A DNA stretch of 64,000 nt from Lama guanicoe (lineage: Eukaryota). The notes beneath the pieces are model-generated. The model had not been told where the DNA came from. It worked only from the letters and a program-made list of their open reading frames with translations, and made no database searches. Location of the stretch: the NCBI GenBank assembly GCA_013239625.1, contig MU053557.1:131063-195062 (forward strand), written 5' to 3'. The position numbers and the translations under genes are program-made. Shown one piece after another: positions 37,745 to 50,599 of the stretch (the stretch's first letter is position 1; each line of letters starts with the position of its first letter).

Positions 37745-37776
<32 letters not shown>
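37745..37776. repeat. (TG)16 microsatellite
   Basis: Directly visible. Confidence 0.97.
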
Positions 37777-37778
<2 letters not shown>

Positions 37779-40602
37779 TTAAGATTAAGAGAGACGGGGA
37801 GAGATAGGAGAGAGGTTGAAGATCAGTAATGTCCACCTTTGATTTCAAAGTAAATTCTTGTGATTTACCAAATTCAGAAAATCAAATCTGATGAATATAG
37901 CAATTTGTTAATTCTTATCCAGTCTGCTTTTATGTAAAAACTATGATAGAGAAGGACTTAATACTTCTCAGGAAAAAACAATAGGGAATAAATCTCACAT
38001 TCATTCATTCGTCAAGTACTTATTGGCTATCTAATATTTACTAGGTATCATGCTCAGCACTGGGGTTGTGGAGGTAAGTCAAAACGCCCACCTTCACTAA
38101 ATTTATAGTCTGTGTACAAATACTTAGAGGTGATGAACAAGAGTAATTTGGTGATGGGACACAAGAAAGCAAGAACTATCTCATGGGTCATGTTAACACA
38201 TTGGATGAGACTCTTGGATGGAATATAAAACAGAGGATGAAGTCATGTCTCGCCTTTGGTCTGCTAATCTGTTATCAGGAAAGTATTTTCCATATTTTTC
38301 ACCCAGCTTGGTATCAATAGCAATCATAATTAATGTCTATTGCTTTTTATTTTTCCTATTTAACTTGACAACTGCTTGGTTTGCTTTGGTTTTATCAGCC
38401 AAAGATATGGAAAAAAAAAAAGCTCATAAGAAGTTCCCACTGTTCTCCTATGAGCAACAGGCTACTGGTTGGTGATGTGGAAAGGATGAGAACCTGGGAG
38501 AACGTGACCCTGCCTTTAACGCTAGGAGATTCTAGGCACTCACTTGTGTGTCCCAGGTTTTGGGGAGATAACTTTCAGATGTCCTGGGTAGAACTGTTAT
38601 GGCAGAAATTCTAAAAGAGATCTAGAGCAAGAGACATGTAGGCATTAAAGATTGTAATTTTGACTGCCTACTTATGAATAACTCTAATAAAGAGAAAAAG
38701 GAATATCTAAATCAGGCACAGTGAATAGATTTAACCTCAAATGCCAACCCAGACTGATTGGCAGCAGGAGCTGGAACACTTTGAAGAGGATTCTGAGTCT
38801 TACCTAGAACACCGCTGATAACAGACTCAACACTAAACTCATTGATGTGAGACAGACTCAGATCCCCTTGTACAATGTAACTCCCCCTGAGTGTCTGACT
38901 AGTTAGGATTCAGAATAATCTTAGTTTACTAAAACGGTGCACCAAAACCAACAAGATGGAGGCTAATGAGGATACCCACCTATTCTTGTATTTAAATTCC
39001 AAATTCAGCAATGGGTTCCATTTTGGGATTGGGGAAACTTGGCTTGATAGCAACTTGTGAGAATAGACGTGACCCTAAGCTCCATATGAATCTTTAGGAT
39101 GGTGTGGCTACAGATAATCTCAGAGCGATGACGGGCTGTTAGAGCTGAACACGGAAGCCCAAGATCAGCACCTCCACTGGGGAGGAATTTCTACGTCTCT
39201 TCCTCCCAGCCTGCTGGTTTGCTTGCAGGCTTGCTCCTGGTTTCTGGAGCTGGACATTTTCCCTCTCTGAGGATCATAAGGAAGGTGCTCATATAGAAAC
39301 AAGGTGACTACAGGAGGGAGACAAGAGGCAAGGTACCTGGAAAAGATCAGGAACTCTTTCTTCTTGAAATAGGTTAGATATGGAATCAGTGAAAAAAAGA
39401 AAAGTACATCAAATGACTTTTGCAAGAATATGGGCTTTTGAAAAAGCTTGAAATATGTTTTGCCCCAAGTGCTCCACCCTTAAACATACCCACATGCACT
39501 TCAGGAAGAATTTCATCCATATGGTATACTTATTGGCAGTTAACTCATCAAAATAATCACTGTTGTGTCAGAACCATTTGCTTTTCAACTTGCCATTTAA
39601 GTTCTCAAAAAATTCCTGAAAGCTTATTTTCTTGAACTAGGATACAGAGTTTGGTAAAAGAAATAAAGAGAATGTAAATTTCTCAGTTTGAATTTAGCAC
39701 AGAGAGAACTTTCAAAGAATTTTAAACTTGCTGCAATCTGTTTCTTTCAAAACCAGGTTGACCTTTGCCACCTTCTTTTAAGGGTGGTGATGACGGTGAT
39801 GGTGATGGTGATGGTGGTTATTCAACTAATTGATTGTTTTCTGATTGTTCCTGGAACAAACTTTTTCCCAGTGATTATGCTGCAAAAATAGAACAGGCAT
39901 AAGAAGGGGAAGGGAAATTAGAAAACAGTCGGGGATAGTTGGACTAAAAGCACTGGCACACATAAAAGGCATCAGGTTCGAAGCAGAAAATCTAGTCTGT
40001 GAATAGACTTTCTAAGTAAAAGGTATCTAATTAGCTTTTGCTTAGTCTCTCTGCAGGAATACAAATTCCAAGGTTGGGAAGTCAATAGTTCGGACCGGTA
40101 ACTCCTATGCAGGGGCCAGCAGTTTGACATCCAGCTTACAAGGGGGAACGGGGACCTGGCCTAATCTAAGACAGTACATGCAGGTTGCAGCACAAGTTTC
40201 CAGTGGCTGTGTAGTGGATGCTTGTTTTTAGATGAATTTTCATAGTCTCCTCATTTAATTGCCTTTTTATGAAGGACATGAAAAAAGACTAGAGGCATAC
40301 TCTCTGGCATCTTGCATGAGCCAGTAAAATTCACATGTAGACTTGAATCCACAGTTCTCGTCTTACGAGGACTTGCTCTAGTGATTGGTCACAGTCCTGA
40401 TTTCAGGTCAGAGCCCCAGCTGCCTTCTGACGTAACAGACGATTGACAGGAGTACGCAATTTTACTTTATAGTCTTTGAATCCACTTTTCTCAACCCACA
40501 TTTGAAGAGAGGGCTGTGAAGAATTTTACCCAAGTTGGAATTCATGATAAAAGTTACAGAATAGGTGAAGATCAGCAGGAGAGGTGTGGATGGGAGCAAA
40601 TA

Positions 40603-40834
40603 CAGCTGAGTCTTGAACAACATGGGTTTGACCTGTGCAGGTCCACTTACACACGGAATTTTTTGATAGTAAATACTACGGTTCTGTACAGTCCACAGCT
40701 GATTGAATCCATGGATGCAGAACCATGGATATGGAGGAACTTTGAATACCAAGGGCCAACTATGAACTGTACACGGATTTCTATTGTGCAGAGGGTCGGT
40801 ACTCCTAACCCCTGTGTCGTTCAAGTGTCAGCTG
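40603..40834. mobile_element. MER8-like (Tigger2) MITE, full length
   Basis: TA TSDs at 40601-40602 and 40835-40836; TIRs cagctgagtcttgaacaaca / tgtcgttcaagtgtcagctg. Confidence 0.9.
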
Positions 40835-41936
40835 TAGCATCAACTCAGGTATTTTGGTGAATATGTAATGAACGGCCATGGAATATTTCAGTGTTGGATG
40901 GTAAGGAATCAAGAGGATTTAGCATCTCTCATTTTAATCCTAGCATATTCTGGAAAGCATTATTTGTAATGCGCTGTATTAGTATTCGAGAGGAAGAGTT
41001 AACTTCAAACAAGCCATGCCTCATCTCCTGTGCTTTTTCTAACCAAGCAACTTGGAACATTTTTAGTGACAAGAAGTCATCACTGTAAGCTGTAAGTTAA
41101 AATGGGCACAAACAAGTTGCAGGTTTATGGTTGCTGGGTGTTCATTTTCCCAAGGATGTCATAAAACATACATATTCACTCTCGCAACCCTTTATAATTT
41201 ATTCTACTTCTGTGCTCCTTTCTGAGATTCTAATGTTTTCTCTGAGGCCAGTGGAACTGTTAAATTGGCCCCAACATTTTATAAACCAGCAAGGGTTGTT
41301 TTGATTTCGAAAACAAAAATGTAAATACACTTGTCCAAGGGACGACAACTCACTGTCTCAGGAAAAAAACTTCCCAGGTAGCTGGCTAAACTGGACTTTA
41401 TACATAATTTCTAAGAGCAATTGGATTCAAACTTAAAAAAAAACCAAACAAACAGAGCTCTATTTACATACTACAGATTTTCTCATTTTTCCCATTGGTT
41501 TGGCCTCTGATTCCAACCCCTTTTGGGCAAAGAGTGTTAAGTAAGAGAGAGGGGAAAGGTTTGGTTTAACATAAAGAATCAGACTTCAAAGAGCTGGCTT
41601 CTCCCATATCATCTGATACATTCTCTGACCAACATGATGGTATTCTCTGAATAAATGATAAGAATTATACTATTTTTAAGAAATTACAAATCATTTCTCA
41701 ACGGTAGAGTTCCGTTTTGCAGTGACTGAAAACTATCACTTTCTTTGATAACGTCTCTTAAATATTTTTCAATGTTCAGAGAGTTAGTCTTAACTTCCTT
41801 TTATTTCCCCTACCTCTGTCATTTCTAAGCCCAATTACAAAAAATCTCATTATATTTATCGCCTGTTTATTACTTATTTTTACTTCTATTTGCATTAACT
41901 TTCTTTTTGAAGTGTACTTACAGCCACAGAATAGGA

Positions 41937-42092
41937 TTTTTTTTTAAAGATTGATACTTTAAAAACTTTGTTTATTTTTTGTTTATGGGGGTAATGAGAT
42001 TTATTTATTTTAATGGGGATATCGGGGCTTGAACTCAGGACATTGTGCATGTTAAGAGCACACTCTACCACTGAGCTATACCCTCGCTGCCC
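41937..42092 (-). mobile_element. Camelid tRNA-derived SINE (Vic-1 type)
   Basis: Reverse strand reads gagggtatagctcagtggtagag (A box)...gagttcaagccc (B box)...aaataaataaatctcattacc, then A-tail; TSD cagaatagga (41927-41936) / caggatagga (42093-42102). Confidence 0.9.
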
Positions 42093-42204
42093 CAGGATAG
42101 GAAATTATAACACTTTCCCTAAGAACAGAGGAAGTTCTCAGTAAAAGTTTGTTAGATCAAGTAGCAAAAAAATAAAGTCTAATAAAAGACTCTAATTGCC
42201 TAGG

Positions 42205-43320
42205 AATACTTCATTCATTCACTCATTCATTCATTCATTTATTAATTTAGCAAATACATGTTGATCACCTGCCACTGTTGTGGGTGTTGAGGACTTTGAA
42301 GTGGACTAGACAGACAGACAGGGTCCTTGTGCACATGGAGTTTACTTTCTAGTACAGGGAGGCAGACAACAAGCAAGTCAACCAAACAAACAAGGAAACT
42401 AACAGAGTGCCACGCATCATTTCATCATTTAATTTTACTAAATAAGGGGATCAGACAAATGGGTCACCACTTAAGATTGGGTGGTCAGGGAAGACTTCTC
42501 TGAGGTCATTTAAACTGAGGTCTTATTTCAGTTATTATGGCTGCACACTGAGTTAGCAATGAACTTGGGGGCTTAAAACAACAGCTTATTATGCTCATGG
42601 ATTCTCTGGGACAGAAATCCTCAGAAGGCAGAGTGGAGACAGCCTGTCTCTGCCTTATAATGTCTGGAGCTGAGCTGGAGAACTTGGAGTCTGGGGCTTG
42701 GAACCATTTCAGGATTGGCTCAGTCACATGTTTGGTGGTTGACACTGGCTGTTGGCTTAGTGCTTAACTGGGACTGCTGGTCTGGACACCTCCATGGGGC
42801 CTCTCCCCGTGACCTGGTCTCCTCACAACATGGTGGCTGGGTTCCCAGGGTGAGTGTCCCGAGAGACAGACTGAGCCAGGTGGAGGCTCAATTATTTCTT
42901 GTGACCCAGCCTTGGAAGCCACATAGTGTCACTTCTGTTGGTTAAAATGATTACAAAGATCCCCTACTTTCATCAGGGAGCAACAGAGACCCCACCTCCT
43001 GATGGAGGAGTGAGTGGTAACCTCACACTGCAGGACAGACAATGGCGTGGCCATTTTTGGAAAATCTAACCTGCCCTAGGTCTGAATGACAAGAAGGAGT
43101 TAGGACCGTGACAATCAAGGGGAAGGATCTTCCAGGAATAGGCTCCAAGCAAAAGCTAACTGGGCATATATTGGAACCACAGCTAGAAGCCCAGGGTAGT
43201 AGGATGAAAAGAACAAGGGAAAGAATAGTGTAAGATAAAGCTGGGAAGGCGGGCAGGGCAAGCTTATGAAAAACTAAGAACTACCTCTACTCTAGGCAAT
43301 GGGGGAAAGCAATCTGGGTT
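42205..43320 (-). mobile_element. L2 3' part split by a MaLR LTR
   Basis: (TTCA)n tail at about 42210-42245; gtcagggaagacttctctgagg...ctgaatgacaagaagg resumes after the LTR. Confidence 0.75.
42524..43078 (-). mobile_element. MaLR solo LTR (MLT1F/G/H-like)
   Basis: ggcttaaaacaaca...ggccatttttggaaaat; 5-bp TSD ggtct at 42519-42523 and 43079-43083. Confidence 0.85.
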
Positions 43321-43699
43321 TGCCTTAGAGCTCATTCCTGCCTTCTCTGGGAGTCTTACTTCTTCTGTGGTCAGTGTGTCGGTTTGGACCTGTAACTCTC
43401 CAGATTCTCACAGTTCTCTTCTTACCAGTGCCCTCATTTGAAATTCCCTCAGGTCTACATTTTCTTCCCTTTCCAGGTACTGGGCACTGTGGAGTGGGTG
43501 ATATCAAGAAGAAGTTCATTCCTTCAGCCTTTGGAGCTGCTTTTAATCTAGTTGGAGAGATCAATACATGCACGCACATACACACATACATGGATGTTAA
43601 CAAAAATATGAGTCAGTTAAAGTTAAGTGTCAAACATGTGGTAAGAATCACATGATTCAGGAATTCTGAGCTCTTGATTCTGATGCAAGAATCACAATA

Positions 43700-44600
43700 T
43701 TCTGACTCAAGAATTTGAAGTCAGACAAGGAAGACATCATCAGATATCTAACTAAAATGAACATACTCCAGCAGTTATTAAGGAAAATCCTTGTATATTT
43801 TATCCACATAAATGAAATACTTCTGTATTGTAAAAAAATGCCAGAGAGAAAGTAAAAAGATAAATGATAAACCAGGAAAAAATATTTGCTGCACACGTGA
43901 CAAATGCTATCTTTATATAGAGGTAGCTTCTACCATTCACCTCACAAAAGAGAAAAATTGAAAAAGGAGCAAAGATTACAAAGAAGAGGCTCACAACAAA
44001 AAACAAAACAAAATAAATAAAGGCCTAATAATCATGAAAAGATGTTTAACCTCATGATAATGAAAAGAAACGAAGCCAAGAATCGTGCATCACTAAACTG
44101 ACAAAAATAGCATCCAAACCAAATCATTCTTACTAACTTGACAAAAATTACATTGCTTGATAAAACTCCATGTGGTGAAGATGCAGGCAAATACTGGCAC
44201 TTTTGTACACCATTGGCATAACCTTTTTCAATGGAAATTTGGTAATATTTATCAGAGTGTAAAATGTATATTTTCTTTGCTCTAGCAAGTCCACTGTTTA
44301 AAAACAGTTTTATGAACACACTTTCTTCTAGACATAATTACATATATTTGAGGATGTTGATTTCCATGTTGTTAATAGCAAAAAATTAAAATTATTCAGA
44401 TGCCTGTAATTAGGGGACCAGAGTTATAAATTAAGGTACATTGAGAGGTGTATGGACCTCTGAAATACCATGCGGCTATCTAGAAGAATGCAGAAGATAA
44501 AAAAGTACTGATTAAGAAAGGTATCCAAAATGTATTAACTGAAAAGGTAAGATAAAGGCAGTATGAGTAAGATGAAGAGCTTTTATGCACTAACATATAC
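43700..44600 (+). mobile_element. Ancient L1ME-type ORF2 end and 3' UTR
   Basis: aaaatatttgc...catgaaaagatgtttaacctca...ataccatgcggctat. Confidence 0.7.
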
Positions 44601-44608
44601 ACATATAT

Positions 44609-44618
44609 GTCTGCCTGC

Positions 44619-44649
<31 letters not shown>

Positions 44650-44670
44650 CCTACCTACCTAATCTATCTA
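44609..44670. repeat. Compound tetranucleotide microsatellite (CTGC/CTGT/CTAT/CTAC)
   Basis: Directly visible. Confidence 0.9.
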
Positions 44671-46059
44671 ATGTACATTACCCGATTTCTGGAAGGATGT
44701 GTGGTTTATGAAACGTGAATAGTAGCTTTTGAAGTATGCAAGTCTAGTCTGAAGGAAGTTGAAAGAGCAATTTTGTTTTCGTTGTGTAGCTTCTGTAAAG
44801 TTAACCTGTTTCTCCCTACAATCTTGTGCATGTATGAATTTGCAAATGAAACACTAATACTGCCAGCTTCACGAGCGTGTCCCTGCCAGGCCCTTAGGTA
44901 GGGAGGTCAATGGCGGGAATTTCAGGCACCGATATGTTGTCATATTTCAGGTCCTTTGGTGCCCCTTAAATTATACCGTCTGCTCGTCCTTGCTGGCTGG
45001 CTGTGCCAAAGCGTAGACCACAAACAATAATCTGAGCTGAAAGTAACAAAGTCATAAACCATTGTTCCTACCTCTTTGACTCCTCTTACCAAATCTTAAA
45101 AGTTTCCATCCTTGAGGAAATTATACTCCTGGGTATAATTGCAAAAGTCCCCCACTCTAATTTCAGTGGCAGACGTTTGCGTCACAATTCTACTCCTTCA
45201 TTTTAGTTTGGGATCAGCGTTGTGGGGGTGTTGGGAGTATGAGGGGTGATATGGAGGGGACGGAAGGAACCGTATTATGCAAGGAAAGACAGGACCTTTT
45301 TTTTTTTTCCTGGTCTCCTGGGCCTTTAACACCTGTAGATATTTATCGCTGGCTTTCCCATTTTTTAAATTTCCATGGCATGACACATCATCATAAGGCC
45401 TCTGTGCCTAGATCTGAAGGAGACAAGACTCATGAGTCGTGTGCTGACAGTTGTTATGTCTAGGTTGAAAGTCTGAGGTTTAAACGTTCCTGAGTTGAGA
45501 AAACCTGATTGATTACAAATCGGTCACTAATATCTTGCTTATAAATATACTATTGCTCTTCAGTGCAAATCTGCTGTCCTGTGAAAATTCATCATTGTGA
45601 TCTGCATATTCTTTTTCCTTCATTCTGTTTCACAGTATGTTCGACTGGATGCTACCCACCCATTTCTTTCTCACTAGAAGAGAGTTCTTTAGTTTTCCTA
45701 TTAAAAATAATTTGATGTCATGTTTTAATTCAATGGTAAATACTCGATGATAATATACGTCTGTCTCCCTGACCCATGTGTGTGCACACTCGCATTCCGG
45801 AGCAGGTAAGATCAGAATACCAACTTATGCAGAATACCAAGGAGAGTCCAGAAGGGAAAAAGGAAGGCAGAAAGCAGCCTTTGGATGGAAAAAAGTCACC
45901 GTTGCTTTAACCTTGACAGTGAATGGGTTTGGGGGGCTGATTGGCATGAAAATGAATCTTGGAGGCTTTTCAAAAGCAGCTGCCTCCTTCATCTCCTTTA
46001 CGACTTTCTTGAGTCACTGTGGAAATTCCTTCCCGTGGATCCCTTACAGATATGAGAGT

Positions 46060-46630
46060 TCTCTGCTCACAGCTTGGCAGCACCATTTGAAAACAAAAAT
46101 GTGCCCTGTGACCCAGCAGTATCATCTCTAGGTGTCTACCCCAGTGATCCCTGGGCTGGGCTCAGGGGGCCACAGTCAAGGATGTTCAGTGCTGTGTGGC
46201 TTAGAAGAGCCCCAGAGTGGAAATAACCTCTAGGTCCAGCAGGATGGAAACTGAGAAATAAATTATGGTGGAATCATAAGAGGAGAAGCCACAGAGCCCT
46301 TGAAAGGAATGGCTGGATGAGCATCGGTTTGCTAGACCTTCCGAACACACAGTGCGTTGAAAAAAACAAGTTGCAAGCAACATGATATACCATTAAGGGA
46401 AAAAAAAAAATCCAGAACCACATGATCTATTTTATATAAATTATGTAAATTGCAATTATGAATATGTGTGTGTGTGCCCTTGTGAGCATGGGTGTGCTGC
46501 GTACGAACAAGTAGGGGGCGGAACCCCCTCGTTACCTCTGGGAGGAGGCGGGTGGGACTGGGCCCGAGGGTATGGGTCAAAGGGCACCTTAGCTTTATTT
46601 GCAGTACTCTCATTTTTTAAAAGGAGAATT
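46060..46630 (+). mobile_element. Ancient L1ME-type 3' end
   Basis: tgacccagcagtatcatctctagg...aaattatggtggaatcat...aaaaaacaagttgca. Confidence 0.65.
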
Positions 46631-47849
46631 GAGTCATGTGTATTATTTGGGGGAACTAAGAATAAGTTTAAATATTTAAAGAATTCTTAACATTCTGCCT
46701 TTAAATAAGCCTTAGATAAAGTAAGATAACATTCCCCAAACTGGGTTCTGCGGAACACAAGGGCTCTGTCAGCATCAGTGGGTGCTTGCTGAGTTCTAAT
46801 GTTATTAATCAAACAGAGGTTGGAGGCTGAAATAGAATCAGCCGTGAATTCAGGGGGAGTAGAAAACTCAAACTCTCCTCCATCTTTAGTCTCCGCCAGG
46901 ATGGATCTGATGGGCTCCAGCAACTTCCCTTCCCTTTAGCTGTATTAGAATGCTTCTGTTAAAGATTTCTTTAGACGTCAGGTCTTAATTTCAGGCCTCT
47001 GTAAATAAGGAGGAGGGAGGTAAAGAATGCATGCTGCCATCTACATATAAATCAGGATTTTGAAATCTAGTGAAGGTTCAAAGGGCTCTCGCTGGCCTGT
47101 GTGCAACATTAAGAGAAGTATCTGGTAGCTCACACTGGCTCTCACACTGATTCCAGTGAGAAAAGAGCTGAGACTGTGTGCAGATTTGCTAATCAGAACC
47201 TATGATTCCACTTGCACACAGGGCTGCTGTCCAGCCCGGGGGAAATGCCATGCTGTCGGGAGGCACAGCTGGCTCACAGCTGGCACACGTCACTGTACTG
47301 ATGGCCTCCGATGGTGAGGTCAGGAGTCGGGTAACCAATGGGGCAGCTCTGCTCCAGTCAGGGGAGCGATTCACAGGCAGGTCTAAAATTCAGGTTCGGG
47401 GAGTTTGTGGGCTCGAGCAGAATTCACTTCTGGGCTTTCTCCATTTCTTGGGGGACACAGTGTCATCTTATGACTGACATCTGCCAGGAGTCTGTGATGA
47501 CAAATGACCAAAAAGACGGAGGCCATTCCCCAATTAATTTTGAGTGATTACCTTCAACTCCACACACATGGCCTTTGGCTCACTATAGAGTTCATCTATT
47601 AATTTTATGGCTGTAGAATAAAAACTAGTGATGGAAAGAGGACGATGAGTGGGTCCTGAAATCTACATGTGCTTGATGACAATGAACAGCTCAGATAATC
47701 TGTGACAGGTCATGATTAACTTAAAGTGTCTAAATGTGTGTGAGCCTTGCCAAATATGCAAATCTAAGAACCATCATCAGGGCAGTGGAAGCTCATGGAG
47801 GATTTCCGATGTCTGTTCTCTTTTACCAGGACTCTACGTTAGATGCGGT

Positions 47850-48460
47850 GCAGAGACGTGGGTCCAGGCACAGGCTCCGGAGTCAGGGGCCCGAGGCCAA
47901 ATCCCAGGCTAGTTGAGCATGCTCGGATGCTTGGGCAGGACTTTTGTGTGCATGTGTGTATTCCTTCCAGCACAAAACACCTGGCTTGTTGTAAGAATGA
48001 AAGGGGTCCAAGAGAAATTTAAGTGCTTGGCACAGAGCGGTCCTCAGTAAATGAAAGATATCATTGCCGCTGCCGCCACCACCACCATCATCATCACATC
48101 ATCATATTTACAATTAGTTTCCTGGACAGGAGTGCAAACAATGATTGGCTTTCAGTTCGGCAGAACTGTTAAATAGGGGTACCCAACCTATCTAATCCTG
48201 GTTACCATGAGAAAGTGGCTTTTTCCTTAGCATGTTTCAGAATAGTATATGGTGGGGAGGACACAGGTTTTTATTCACATGAACTTGGGCTTGAATTCCA
48301 GCTCTACTCCTGACCAGGGAAGTGACCGCAGGCAATCTGCTTCACTGCCCTGAACCCCAGTGGCCTTATCTGCAAAATGCGGACGAGGATTTCTGGGCTC
48401 CAGGGAGGATGAGGCGTCAGTAATGCTGAACGTTTGAGCACCAGGCACATCCACATTCCG
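47850..48460 (+). mobile_element. Two MIR fragments
   Basis: aagtgcttggcacag...cagtaaatg; cttgaattccagctctact...ttatctgcaaaatg. Confidence 0.6.
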
Positions 48461-49409
48461 TTACTGTCAGTTCCTGTGTCCAGTGGGACCTGGATGAGCT
48501 CATGGGAATTTGAAGGAAGGACTTTAAACTGCCTTCTGATATAAACAGCTGGATTGCAGGTGGCTGGATCTAGTATTTCAGCAAATCTCAGTAGCACTGC
48601 TAAATTGCAGCTCAGTTGATCTGAGCTATGGGGGTCTCTTCACCGAGCAGGAAAAACCCATAATGACACAACAGAGCCAAGAGACTCTTCTGAGCATGCT
48701 AAGTCCTCTGCCAGTACGAGGTATCATTGTTAGTAGCTCATTCCTAAAACAGGCTCAGTCTGGGGCTGGTGTCCCTGCCAGAGTTGTTCTCCGGGTCACA
48801 GATTAAAACATCTGGGCTACATCCACAAACTGATAGCCTGGGAGTTTTTTGTCTCCCTCATCACAGTCAAAGCGGCTTCCTGACATGTTTCCCCTGGTCT
48901 TGCCTTCATTCCCACCCCAGGCATCGCGGCAGCAGCGCGACTTCATGACGACGGTGTCCCAGGGGCTCCGCCTTCAGCATCTTAGCTGCCAGCCAGTCCT
49001 CTGTGGGGCTCAGAGGGCCTTCTGCTCTGGCTTGGTCCGCCTGACAGGGGAGGGGTTGAGGAAGAGAGCAGCAAAGTAGGTGGCCTGTGGAGGAAACCCC
49101 TGTCTATGGAGGGGACTGGGGCAAGGGGCAGACAATGTGCCAGGAGGGAAGGGCTGAACCCCTGGAAGGGTTGAGGGAGATAAGGACACTGCGGGGGCAT
49201 TTGTAGTAGTAAAAACCTGGAACCAACCAGAAGGCTCCTGAATAAGGGAATGGCTCGTTCAGGAGGGATCCATCCATGCTGCTGTGGAACACTGCCAGCT
49301 GTTAGAGTCAGTGACAGCTCTGCCCTTCACCCTGACGAATGTCAGTGCTGCGAGGAAGACAAGGCACAGGGAGAAGCATGTAAAAATAACCTCTGTGTGG
49401 GCACACGTA

Positions 49410-49625
49410 ATAATGGTTTACATTTAGTATCCACTGTATGCTGGGGACTGGGCTAGATGCTTCTCATGGGTTAATTGATTTGAATCTCACCGCCATCTGA
49501 TAAAGGGACTATAATTACCCCAGTTCTACGGAAGGAAGAGTCTGAGGCCTAGAGATGTCTGCGGACACAGAGCTGCGAAGGGGTGCACCAGAATGCGACT
49601 GTGGATCGCAGCCAGAGCTCTTGAC
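49410..49625 (-). mobile_element. MIR
   Basis: atttgaatctcac...attaccccagttctacggaaggaagagtctgagg. Confidence 0.6.
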
Positions 49626-49992
49626 CTCCTTTCTGTTCCGTTTCTCATATGTGTCTGTGTGAGCACAGAGGACGGCGTGGAAGGATTTATCAGAACCAGG
49701 CTGCCTGTGGTTAGCTGGAGGAGATAAGAACCTACTCGCCCATCATATGGGGAAACTTGATGATTTTTCCACACTTTTACCTATGATAACTGCAACTATG
49801 AAAGAAATGAGTGTGCACAAAGTTCAGAACGGAATGGAAACAAGCGGAAACTTCGATCTGATGGGAAAATGAGGCTATGGCAATTTAAACTCTGAATCTC
49901 ATTTACTATTTTAGTTTTGTTCTTGTGATAAAGTAATTTTTAAAAGGGAATAATCCACAGAGTTCTATTCGTGATGTGTAGGCTGGTCATTC

Positions 49993-50174
49993 CTGTTGTT
50001 CTCAAAGTGTGGTCCCCAGACCAGCAGCGACAGCATCAACTGAAAACTTGTGAGAAACGCAAATTCTCCAGACGTACTTCAGAGCTATCAGAAACCTCTG
50101 GTGAGGGGCCCAGCCATCTGTGTTTTAACAAGTCTTCAAGGTGATTCTGATGCACCAAAGTTTGTAAACCACTG
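49993..50174. mobile_element. MER5A hAT MITE
   Basis: ttctcaaagtgtggtccccagaccagcagc...ggtgattctgatgcaccaaagtttgtaaaccactg. Confidence 0.88.
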
Positions 50175-50599
50175 GATTAAACAAACAAACGGACCAACGC
50201 ACCATTCCAAGGGAGAGGAGATGTTAATGAAGGTGGGGCTTACAGAAGAGACAAAGGGCACCTCTTTGCTAGTCTATCCCTTTGGCAGAATGTATTCCAT
50301 TCCTTTGGTCATCTCTGAAGGTGCTCACATCACGCTGGCCAAGTCCAGCCTTTGACCGTGCATGGTCTCAAATGGGTCCGCCATTATTTTAGATGTCATT
50401 GCATCAAATGTATTGGGAGATTCCCACGTGGGACAGAGTAAAGACTGATAGCCACTGACTAATGGTCACAAAAACAGTGACGAGTTGCCAGCTACTGCCG
50501 TTTCAGGTCATAGCACTGCCACTGGGGTTAGAAGCTTTTAACTCAGTGATCAAATTAGTCAGACACGTGATCAATCTCCCTTTCTTACCATGTGGAAGT

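Noticed and set aside
42015..42088. tRNA-Ala-like sequence on the minus strand
   Set aside because: Head of a SINE, with degenerate stems, an AT-rich body, an A-tail and a TSD.
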